NCBI GenBank assembly: GCA_037379345.1
Contig: CM074521.1
Span: 25,940,704 to 26,004,703 of the forward strand
Length of the DNA: 64,000 nucleotides
Direction of reading: 5' to 3'
From: Perna viridis
Taxonomy: Eukaryota
Shown: positions 39,001 through 51,000 of the stretch, piece by piece
Layout: every line of letters begins with the position of its first letter
Numbering within the stretch: position 1 is the first letter of the stretch
Program-made: the position numbers and the translations under genes
Notes under the pieces: generated by a model
The model's database searches: none
Told to the model about the DNA's origin: nothing
The model's input: the letters and a program-made list of their open reading frames with translations, nothing else

Positions 39001-42000
39001 CCAATGACAAAGACCAGACAGGGAACACAAAGAACATAAAATAACCAAGATAATACATAAACACCAACAAAAGTAAATGAGCCAATAAGGGTTAAAAATA
39101 TCAGTTGTTAACCATAATTTATGTACATTTGTAGCTATAGCAGAGCAAATCTGATTAGAGAGAAAGTGATACATTGGTTGTTTCCTTCTTTTATTAATTA
39201 GAGAAAATACATTTTACCATGTATTTAATAATCAAAATGACCTTAAAACCAATGAACTGATGCATATGGTCAATAGAAAATCACCTGTTGTCTGTGTTCC
39301 TACTGTGGTAGTTCCTGTTGGTGTTTGACCTGTTATTGGAGTTGTAGCAGAAGTGGTGCCTGATGTGGTACCTTGTGATGTTGTAGGAGCAGGAGTACCT
39401 GATGTGGTCTGGCTAACTGTTGTACCAGATGTAGTTCCTTGTGTTGTTGGTGGAGCAGGAGTACCTGATGTGGTCTGGCTGACTGTTGTGCCAGATGTAG
39501 TTCCTTGTGTTGTTGGTGGAGCAGTGGTACCTGAAGTGGTCTGACTTGTGGTTCCAGAAGTAGTACCTTGAGTGGTTGTTGGTGGAGCAGTGGTACCAGA
39601 TGTTGTTTGGCTAGCTGTAGTTGCTGATGTAGTTCCTTGTGTGGTTGGTTGTGCTGTAGTGACTGATGTAGTCTGACTGGTTGTAGTTCCAGATGTGGAT
39701 TGAGTTGTTGATCCAGTGGGTGGTGCTGATGGTGTTGTCTGTCCTGTTGTTGTAACTTAATGAAACAATGTTTATTTTGTTTTAAAAACTTTACTTAGAT
39801 ATATGTTCAAAGAGTAATAAAGAGAACCAAGATTCTACTAGAAATGAGGAGAATGTAATCCAATGACAAAGACCAGACAGGGAACACAAAGAACATAAAA
39901 TAACCAAGATAATACATAAACACCAACAAAAGTAAATGAGCCAATAAGGGTTAAAAATATCAGTTGTAAACCATAATTTATGTACATTTGTAGCTATAGC
40001 AGAGCAAATCTGATTAGAGAGAAAGTGATACATTGGTTGTTTCCTTCTTTTATTAATCAGAGAAAATATATTTTACCATGTATTTAATAATCAAAATGAC
40101 CTTAAAACCAATGAACTGATGTATATGGTCAATAGAAAATCACCTGTTGTCTGTGTTCCTACTGTGGTAGTTCCTGTTGATGTTTGACCTGTTACTGGAG
40201 TTGTAGCAGAAGTGGTGCCTGATGTGGTACCTTGTGAGGTTGTAGGAGCAGGAGTACCTGATGTGGTCTGGCTAACTGTTGTACCAGATGTAGTTCCTTG
40301 TGTTGTTGGTGGAGCAGGAGTACCTGATGTGGTCTGGCTGACTGTTGTGCCAGATGTAGTTCCTTGTGTTGTTGGTGGAGCAGTGGTACCTGAAGTGGTC
40401 TGACTTGTGGTTCCAGAAGTAGTAACTTGAGTGGTTGTTGGTGGAGCAGTGGTACCAGATGTTGTTTGGCTAGCTGTAGTTGCTGATGTAGTTCCTTGTG
40501 TGGTTGGTTGTGCTGTAGTGACTGATGTAGTCTGACTGGTTGTAGTTCCAGATGTGGATTGAGTTGTTGATCCAGTGGGTGGTGCTGATGGTGTTGTCTG
40601 TCCTGTTGTTGTTACTTAATAAAACATGTTTATTTTGTTTTAAAAACTTCACTTAGATATATGTTCAAAGAGTAATAAAGAGAACCAAGATTCTACTGGA
40701 CTCAGGAGAGTGTAATCCAATGACAAAGACCAGACAGGGAACACAAAGAACATAAAATAACCAAGATAATACATAAACACCAACAAAAGTAAATGAGCCA
40801 ATAAGGGTTAAAATATCAGTTGTAAACCATAATTTATGTACATTTGTAGCTATAGCAGAGCAAATCTGATTAGAGAGAAAGTGATACATTGGTTGTTTCC
40901 TTCTTGTATTAATCAGAGAAAATATATTTTACCATGTATTTAATAATCAAAATGACCTTAAAACCAATGAACTGATGCATATGGTCAATAGAAAATCACC
41001 TGTTGTCTGTGTTCCTACTGTGGTAGTTCCTGTTGGTGTTTGACCTGTTACTGGAGTTGTAGCAGAAGTGGTGCCTGATGTGGTACCTTGTGATGTTGTA
41101 GGAGCAGGAGTACCTGATGTGGTCTGGCTAACTGTTGTACCAGATGTAGTTCCTTGTGTTGTTGGTGGAGCAGGAGTACCTGATGTGGTCTGGCTGACTG
41201 TTGTGCCAGATGTAGTTCCTTGTGTTGTTGGTGGAGCAGTGGTACCTGAAGTGGTCTGACTTGTGGTTCCAGAAGTAGTACCTTGAGTGGTTGGTGGTGG
41301 AGCAGTGGTACCAGATGTTGTTTGGCTAGCTGTAGTTGCTGATGTAGTTCCTTGTGTGGTTGGTTGTGCTGTAGTGACTGATGTAGTCTGACTGGTTGTA
41401 GTTCCAGATGTGGATTGAGTTGTTGATCCAGTGGGTGGTGCTGATGGTGTTGTCTGTCCTGTTGTTGTAACTTAATGAAACAATGTTTATTTTGTTTTAA
41501 AAACTTTACTTAGATATATGTTCAAAGAGTAATAAAGGAAACCAAGATTCTACTGGAAATCAGGAGAATGTAATCCAATGACAAAGACCAGAAAGGGAAC
41601 ACAAAGAACATAAAATAACCAAGATAATACATAAACACCAACAAAAGTAAATGAGCCAATAAGGGTTAAAATATCAGTTGTAAACCATAATTTATGTACA
41701 TTTGTAGCTATAGCAGAGCAAATCTGATTAGAGAGAAAGTGATACATTAGTTGTTTCCTTCTTTTATTAATCAGAGAAAATATATTTTACCATGTATTTA
41801 ATAATCAAAATGACCTTAAAACCAATGAACTGATGCATATGGTCAACAGAAAATCACCTGTTGTCTGTGTTCCTACTGTGGTAGTTCCTGTTGGTGTTTG
41901 ACCTGTTACTGGAGTTGTAGCAGAAGTGGTGCCTGATGTGGTACCTTGTGATGTTGTAGGAGCAGGAGTACCTGATGTGGTCTGGCTAACTGTTGTACCA

Positions 42001-45000
42001 GATGTAGTTCCTTGTGTTGTTGGTGGAGCAGGAGTACCTGATGTGGTCTGGCTGACTGTTGTGCCAGATGTAGTTCCTTGTGTTGTTGGTGGAGCAGTGG
42101 TACCTGAAGTGGTCTGACTTGTGGTTCCAGAAGTAGTACCTTGAGTGGTTGTTGGTGGAGCAGTGGTACCAGATGTTGTTTGGCTAGCTGTAGTTGCTGA
42201 TGTAGTTCCTTGTGTGGTTGGTTGTGCTGTAGTGACTGATGTAGTCTGACTGGTTGTAGTTCCAGATGTGGATTGAGTTGTTGATCCAGTGGGTGGTGCT
42301 GATGGTGTTGTCTGTCCTGTTGTTGTAACTTAATGAAACAATGTTTATTTTGTTTTAAAATCTTTACTTAGATATATGTTCAAAGAGTAATAAAGAGAAC
42401 CAAGATTCTACTGGAAATCAGGAGAATGTAATCCAATGACAAAGACCAGACAGGGAACACAAAGAACATAAAATAACCAAGATGATACATAAACACCAAC
42501 AAAAGTAAATGAGCCAATAAGGGTTAAAAATATCAGTTGTAAACCATAATTTATGTACATTTGTAGCTATGGCAGAGCAAATCTGATTAGAGAGAAAGTG
42601 ATACATTGGTTGTTTCCTTCTTTTATTAATTAGAGAAAATACATTTTACCATGTATTTAATAATCAAAATGACCTTAAAACCAATGAACTGATGCATATG
42701 GTCAATAGTAAATCACCTGTTGTCTGTGTTCCTACTGTGGTAGTTCCTGTTGGTGTTTGACCTGTTACTGGGGTTGTAGCAGAAGTGGTGCCTGATGTGG
42801 TACCTTGTGATGTTGTAGGAGCAGGAGTACCTGATGTGGTCTGGCTAACTGTTGTACCAGATGTAGTTCCCTGTGTTGTTGATAGAGCAGGAGTACCTGA
42901 TGTGGTCTGGCTGACTGTTGAGCCAGATGTAGTTCCTTGTGTTGTTGGTGGAGCAGTGGTACCTGAAGTGGTCTGACTTGTGGTTCCAGAAGTAGTACCT
43001 TGAGTGGTTGTTGGTGGAGCAGTGGTACCAGATGTTGTTTGGCTAGCTGTAGTTGCTGATGTAGTTCCTTGTGTGGTTGGTTGTGCTGTAGTGACTGATG
43101 TAGTCTGACTGGTTGTAGTTCCAGATGTGGATTGAGTTGTTGATCCAGTGGGTGGTGCTGATGGTGTTGTCTGTCCTGTTGTTGTAACTTAATGAAACAA
43201 TGTTTATTTTGTTTTAAAAACTTTACTTAGATATATGTTCAAAGAGTAATAAAGGAAACCAAAGTTCTACTGGAAATCAGGAGAATGTAATCCAATGACA
43301 AAGACCAGACAGGGAACACAAAGAACATAAAATAACCAAGATAATACATAAACACCAACAAAAGTAAATGAGCCAATAAGAGTTAAAAATATCAGTTGTA
43401 AACCATAATTTATGTACATTTGTAGCTATAGCAGAGCAAATCTGATTAGAGAGAAAGTGATACATTGGTTGTTTCCTTCTTTTAATAATTAGAGAAAATA
43501 CATTTTACCATGTATTTAATAATCAAAATGACCTTAAAACCAATGAACTGATGCATATGGTCAATAATAAATCACCTGTTGTCTGTGTTCCTACTGTGGT
43601 AGTTCCTGTTGGTGTTTGACCTGTTACTGGGGTTTTAGCAGAAGTGGTGCCTGATGTGGTACCTTGTGATGTTGTAGGAGCAGGAGTACCTGATGTGGTC
43701 TGGCTAACTGTTGTACCAGATGTAGTTCCTTGTGTTGTTGGTGGAGCAGGAGTACCTGATGTGGTCTGGCTGACTGTTGTGCCAGATGTAGTTCCTTGTG
43801 TTGTTGGTGGAGCAGTGGTACCTGAAGTGGTCTGACTTGTGGTTCCAGAAGTAGTACCTTGAGTGGTTGTTGGTGGAGCAGTGGTACCAGATGTTGTTTG
43901 GCTAGCTGTAGTTGCTGATGTAGTTCCTTGTGTGGTTGGTTGTGCTGTAGTGACTGATGTAGTCTGACTGGTTGTAGTTCCAGATGTGGATTGAGTTGTT
44001 GATCCAGTGGGTGGTGCTGATGGTGTTGTCTGTCCTGTTGTTGTAACTTAATGAAACAATGTTTATTTTTTTTTAAAACTTTACTTAGATATATGTTCAA
44101 AGAGTAATAAAGGAAACCAAAGTTCTACTGGAAATCAGGAGAATGTAATCCAATGACAAAGACCAGACAGGGAACACAATGTATATAAAATAACCAAGAT
44201 AATACATAAACACCAACAAAAGTAAATGAGCCGATAAGGGTTAAAAATACCAGTTGTATACCATAATTTATATACATTTGTAGCTATAGCAGAGCAAATC
44301 TGATAAGAAAAAAGTGATACATTGGTTGTTTCCTTCTGTTATAAATTAGAGAAAATATATTTTACCATGTATTTAATAATCAAAATGACCTTAAAACCAA
44401 TGAACTGATGCATATGGTAAATAGAAAATCACCTGTTGTCTGTGTTCCTACTGTGGTAGTTCCTGTTGGTGTTTGACCTGTTACTGGGGTTGTAGCAGAT
44501 GTGGTGCCAGATGTGGTACCTTGTGATGTTGTAGGAGCAGGAGTACCTGATGTGGTCTGGCTAACTGTTGTACCAGATGTAGTTCCTTGTATTGTTGATG
44601 GAGCAGGAGTCCCTGATGTGGTCTGGCTAACTGTTGTACCTGATGTAGTTCCTTGTGTTGTTGGTGGAGAAGTTGTACCAGATGTGGTCAAACTAGCTGT
44701 TGTACCAGTAGTAGTACCTTGTGTAGTTGGTGGAGCAGTGGTACCAGATGTTGTCTGGCTAGTAGTTGTACCAGACGTTGATACACTTGTTCCTGTTGGT
44801 GGAGCTGGAGGTGGAGGAGTGGTAACTGATGTACCTAAATTAGAAACCAGTTTGAAGATAAACTACATTTAAAAGCAGTGGGTTGTACATGAAATATTTC
44901 GAACTGTTGAAATAATACATTTTTCCCTTATGGACATTTTCCTGTTAAGATATCCAATGTATGAAGGGGTCATGTTACCTTATATTTCTTTTTTATAATT

Positions 45001-48000
45001 CAATAAAAACAATTAAGTTCATATTGTGTATAAGGCAAATTGTTATCTTACAATACGATATTACAATGATAACTGTTAGATATTGTGGAGGTATTCTCCC
45101 TCACTACAAGTATACTGCTTGTATAAAATGCAGCATTTAATGAAAGTAATAGGTTCCTATACTAGGGAATATAGATGCAATATTGATGCACAAAAGCAAA
45201 AGTTGATTAAAAAATGAAAATTGGTAAATACGAAAAAGACAGAAACCATGAGAAGGAAAGATATATTTTCAAAATATATTATAATTTCACAGAAATAAAT
45301 GAACCAAATATCTTTGCTTTTAAGTTTCTTACCTGACGTAGTTCCTGTTGTTGTTGATTGTGTTGTAGAAACACTTGTGGTTGCTAAAATGAAAATAGAT
45401 AGTTAATGAAATTTTTATGAGATTATTTTTTATTCTTCTATTTAGTACAAATTTCAGGTTTTTTTGTAGATTGTAAAGAACATGACAGTCTGAGATATTT
45501 AATAATTTTTTTTAACTTAGTATCCTTTATCAATACTGGAATAAGTAAACTAATGCTTGTAAAGCCAAGTCTTAATTGATGCTTGAATGCATGCACATTC
45601 AATTAACAGTTCCAGCACTACTAATACAACAACTTTTACTGTTCTTTTTTTAAATGTAATTGGAAGTATGAAGCCAATATGTATCACGTGTCAATGGAAT
45701 TATATATGTCTCACCAGGTGTGTAACACACTCTGAAAGTGACATCACTTAAACTGCCTGGTGTAGATATATCTGTCATAGGTTTGAAGAAAATAACCAGT
45801 GAATCAGCACTCTTCATTTGGAAATTCAAACCAATGGTATTTATGGCATCTTTTGTGCTGAACGATTGCTGTAAATAAGTGAATATAATAGCATTTAACA
45901 AACTTTCTACAGTTCATATAGTTTATCCTGGATAAGCTATCTGACTTGACTTCATCAACCATTTCACCCTTTCTAATAAATGACAAGAAGCTTAACTGAT
46001 TAATTTTTGTACTTTTTAACTTTATAGATTGAACTTTGAAGAAATGAAATGGATAAATGAGCTTTCAAGTTATATTGTAAATTAAAATGTACTATGCATT
46101 CATTCTTAAATGATATATACTGAAACAAAACAAAGTAACACCATGAGAAAAGGACCTGATTTCAATCTACAAAGAATTAATCATGCATTATTTTGTACCA
46201 AATAACATTTTGAAAACTGATGAAGGTACTGTTTGGCTGCAGTCAGGCAATTCTAATTTTTATGTAAAGAATTTGTGGGTTTTACTTCACCATAAAAAAC
46301 ACTACTTCACTGAATCTTGAAAAATAAAATGTATTTGTACCGCAAAAATAATATTAGTTTCCTTATGTAGTGAACAAATCACATATGTAATATGCACACA
46401 TGATAAATCGTTTCCTTGTATATAAAATTTCAAGTTTGTAAAACCAAAAAGTACAAACTTTTAAGTACTATTAATGAACTGCAAATTGAACCTTTGGATA
46501 TCTGAATGAAATATTTGAGTGAGTGCAAAATAGGAAAATCTCGGAAATCGCCGGTCAGATTGAATTTTTATTCAACTTGTCTTTAAAATGTGGGACATTT
46601 TAAAAACAAATAAAGGAAACAATCACAGTTATCCTGGTTCAGGATTTTGAACAGTTCAGACATCCTTTAGTAAGATATGACTATTACATTATTCTTAAAC
46701 TCATTGTGCACATTATTACAGGAAAGAGCAAACAGCTAAAATATAAATTTTCATGTTTATTTACTGAGAAATTAAAAGACTATGCAGATACTTTTTAAAC
46801 ATGTCTGTTATTTTGGCTTTCTCCTGACTTCAAAACCTTAAAGTGCTAAACACCCACCGTTTGTGTCATAACTGTTTCATCATTAAGTGTCAATGATATT
46901 GTAACCTCTGCAATGTTTACTGTACTGAATGAACCATCTACGAATACAACATCATTTCCTTTGACATTATATGTGACAGAGGTTCCATTCTCACTGGCTT
47001 CATAGGATGCCGTAGAACTCTTCAGAGAATCAAGTACACTTTGCCCAGGTTTTTCATTTGAAGATGTGATGACAAGATCACTATCATCATTGTTATTGTA
47101 ATCAAATATCTTAGGATGCTCACAGACACCTAAAGAGAAATATATAATATAAAATTAAATGTTGCAGTATTTAATGTATACTAAAGTTTATATTATAAAG
47201 TTATAACCAAGTGATAATGAAATGATCTACAACTAATAGTAGCAAAAAAAAAATGAAATCAAAATGATGAAGATCACTTAATTTCTAAGTTTGACATTCG
47301 ATTGTTCTCAAAAGCTTAAATTCAGAATTGCACATGCATAATATGATATTATAAAACTTGAAATATATATTAAAAAATACAAAATTGAGGTGACACCTAA
47401 ATTATTTAACTAAATAAAAATAATAAGGTAATTTTTTGGGAAGTATAAAAGTGTTTCTTTAAAAAGTCTAGTAAAACTTACCTGATGGTGTTGAACTTGT
47501 TGACACAGCAGTTGTACCTATGGAAAATTAAAAATAAATGTAATGAAGCCTATGGAAAAAAGGTGATATTTGCTAGTTTTACACAAAGATCCACTTTCAG
47601 TAATGAGTATGTTATTTTTTTTCTCTACTCAAGATAGTAAAGTTTCGATTTCCAATATGCAAGCTTTAGCTTTTACTTAGGGGGTGCAGTCAATCAAATC
47701 ATGAATACACTGAAGGAGAATCGGTTTCCCCCTTGAAATCCACAGAAAAATGGAAAATATAAAATGGCAAGGAACCTCTCACCGAAATTTAATCACAGCC
47801 TGTGATTAAAAAGTCACATTCATTTTATACCACCGGCTTAGGAAGGGAGAAAAATACTTATTTTGCACTTAACCAAATATTAATAACTTTTTTACCTCAT
47901 TTGGGGAACCATTGGATTGATAGTGGTCAAGGAAAGTATTCTTTTCATTATTTTATTTTTGTTATTACATTTTACTTGATTTTATTAAAATGATGTTAAC

Positions 48001-51000
48001 AATTAGCCCATCCTTGTTCATTATGATTTCTTGTCATTTTTTAAATTTTAATTTGTTTTGTCCCAAATTCTTAATATAACACATCATTCAACACACAGTA
48101 AATTTGTGTACACATCTCTGAAACTGTAAGATTCATTTAAATTAAGCAAGACTTTTTGTTATCAAGTGTAGATAATGTAATGCATTACCAGTTGTTCCAG
48201 TTGTCAGCGTTGTTGTAGCTGTTCCTAAAATTACAAAGAAAAAAACAACATGAATTAATAACAAAAAAAAACAACAAAAAACAAAAACGAAAAGGAAATA
48301 GTTCAATTTTAGGCACACACTGTAATCTTTATATTGAATAATATACTCGAAGATATAAATATTGATACATCTTTTTTATAATTATCAATTTAGTTTATAG
48401 TAACTCTTGTTTTTTCTAATTTTCATGCAGATATAGTAGGTACTTGTCATTTAGAAGGAGTTGAATTTGATATGACCTAGAAATCAACAATGGTTTTATT
48501 TATTTTTTTTCTTCAGTAAACTGATATCTATTTATTTTGTAATTTGTTGGTCTGTTGTATGTGATACTTTCTAAGAAAGTTCCCCCCTTTGACAATGTTG
48601 ATGGTGTAACATTATAAAGGAAGAAAATACACCAGTACATGTTCTTTATTAACAGAAAAGAAAAGTCTGAACAAAACCGTTAACAAATAGGTTTAACAAT
48701 TTATGTAAATTGCAAGAAAAGAACTTACAGTATTTCAAATTAATGAATTTTATGAAAAAAAAATTCAGTAATTAAATAGTTGTATCTTAGTAAATAGTGA
48801 CTTAAAACGATTCAAGTCCATATAATCATGATCAATTCACGTTTACACACAATTGATTGCCAATAAATGATATTTATATTAACATGTACTTAACCTAAAG
48901 CTGAATTTGACTTCCATAAATAAATAATCAGTATACCACCATATTTAAACTTATTTAAATGAATAAAACTAAAAAAATTAAAGTACAAAAGTTTTGACAT
49001 GTTATAAAGTTTTCATGCAGGAAAATAATATAATAATTTTTCCATTGTGATACATGTATTATAGTCTTAAAAACTGTATTAACAACTGTTATCATTTGTC
49101 AATTTGTATTTACTAAATGTGTATATATTTATTCTTGGGTTTTATTATCAGTATTTTTTTTAAATAGATTCACTGGATTTACTTACCTGGTGTGTAACAA
49201 ACTCTAAACTCAACAATTAATCCAGGTGGTGTTGAAATATTAATCTTTGGTTTCACTGTTACTCTCAAGACATCTGCTTCTTGCATGCGGAAATCCATGG
49301 TAAAGACATTCGACAAATCCTTCGTTTGGTAAATTTTCTACAATCCAAAAATATGTAACCGTGTAAATAGGAACAAGCCTACTGCAAGACAACAACATTT
49401 GAAAAAAAGAAACATAATATTGAAAATATAAGAAAATACATTTATCATGCCTTTTTTGTTCATACTGATAATATCCTGCAAAGAATTAGCCTTACTTAAT
49501 AATATATATTGTATGTAACAATTTCAATCCATCTGGTACATACGTGAATTATAAAAATCTAAATGAGTTCCAGGTAAATATGAACATAAGAACCACTAGA
49601 ATTTCAAAGAATTAGATTTTTGTTCAGTAAAATTTATTATATTCTAAGTTTTTTTTCTAAATCAAATACTGAATGTGTGCATCATAAAACATGACGGAAA
49701 TAAATAAGTTATGCTTTTATTTCTTAACTTTTCAAACTTCATACCTTTTCTGATGTAACTTCAGTTCCTTCCACAGTTACCAAAGACACTGTTATTTCTT
49801 CAATGTTGATAGTTTCAAATGTACCATCAACAAATGACACTGGATTTCCTTTGCCATTGATGATATAATTAACTTCACTTCCATCATCATTTGGCACAAA
49901 GTTTATGCCAGATCCCTTCAATGAATTGACACCTTCTTCACCGGGTTTGCCATTAGATATTTCAATTTGTAGATCCTTGTCATCTTTAGCACTATAATTG
50001 ATTGTTTTGGGATTTTCACACAACGCTAAATGTAAAAGAAAAAATCAATTATCTAATGTAAATTGCAATAAAATAGAAATAGTGTGAGCAAGCTAACAAA
50101 GACAATACTCCTCACTTTACATGCGGTTGAATATAAATTATAACCTGTGAGTTCATCAAAATCCATTCAGTTTAGGAGGAAAATTGCACTTACTAAGTTT
50201 TAGCATGTAAAACCCTTGTGTTGTATTATCTCCATTTGGAGTCCCCTGACAGTAAATATATTACTGTGCATTCCCATTTATATTCAGTAGTAACAAAACT
50301 TCAAATGAGCATCAAAACCTAAAAATTGCACACATATGCTTGATTTTTTTTTTTACAGAAGGCCAAGGTAATGGAGTAGATCATTTTTTGGAAAATTGAA
50401 TTCCACTTTCTAAGATTAAAATACAGTTTCGATACCTAAAAACTGAAAAAAAGTCTACTTCATGTAAAACTCATTTTGAAAATTGCACACCTTGATGATC
50501 GAATATTTTTGTTGGAAATAATCACCGATATTTTAAAAATGTATGCCATTTTTCAAGATCAGATTTGTAAATTCATTTTTCACATCTGTTTTTGTTAAGA
50601 TTTTTTTTTTCAATTTACCGTCATTAAAACTTCAATTTGGGTATCTAGGAAATGAAATTGTGAATTAGGCATAAATGTGTTAAACTATTCAATGAAAATG
50701 TTTGTGTCATAAAATGGTTAAACTCGAAAGGTGTACATAGTTCCTTTTTTTCATTAGTATATATTTTTTCATGTACATTTATATATGATGCCCAACATTA
50801 CTATAAAGTTTTATCAAAATCCCTTGAGAGGTTAAGAAGGGTGTGCGCATACAACAAATGTTAACAGACAGGCTGACAGACAGATGGGGAGATTCCTATA
50901 TATCAACGAACTTGTTTTGTAGGGAGGGGGATAAAATTACTTTTTCTGAACATTATTTAAAATTTACTGTCGACATTACACCTTAAAGGCTAATAATGCT

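Larger units (their letters stand above)
36850..44660. repeat. tandem array of ~859-bp exon+intron units (nine intron copies)
   Basis: Donor positions 37567, 38426, 39285, 40144, 41000, 41858, 42717, 43576, 44433 (periods 856-859). Confidence 0.95.

Noticed and set aside
38127-43465. Repeated small hydrophobic ORFs (MYHFLSNQICSAIATN...) as a membrane-peptide family
   Set aside because: They lie in the duplicated intron over a T-rich TE fragment and shift frame between copies.
37615-44100. Gln/His/Leu-rich minus-strand ORFs (MKFLKQNKHCFIKVQQQDRQHHQHH...)
   Set aside because: Alternate-frame shadows of the Thr-rich exons (ACA read as CAA/CAC). They start in the intron and are broken in several units.
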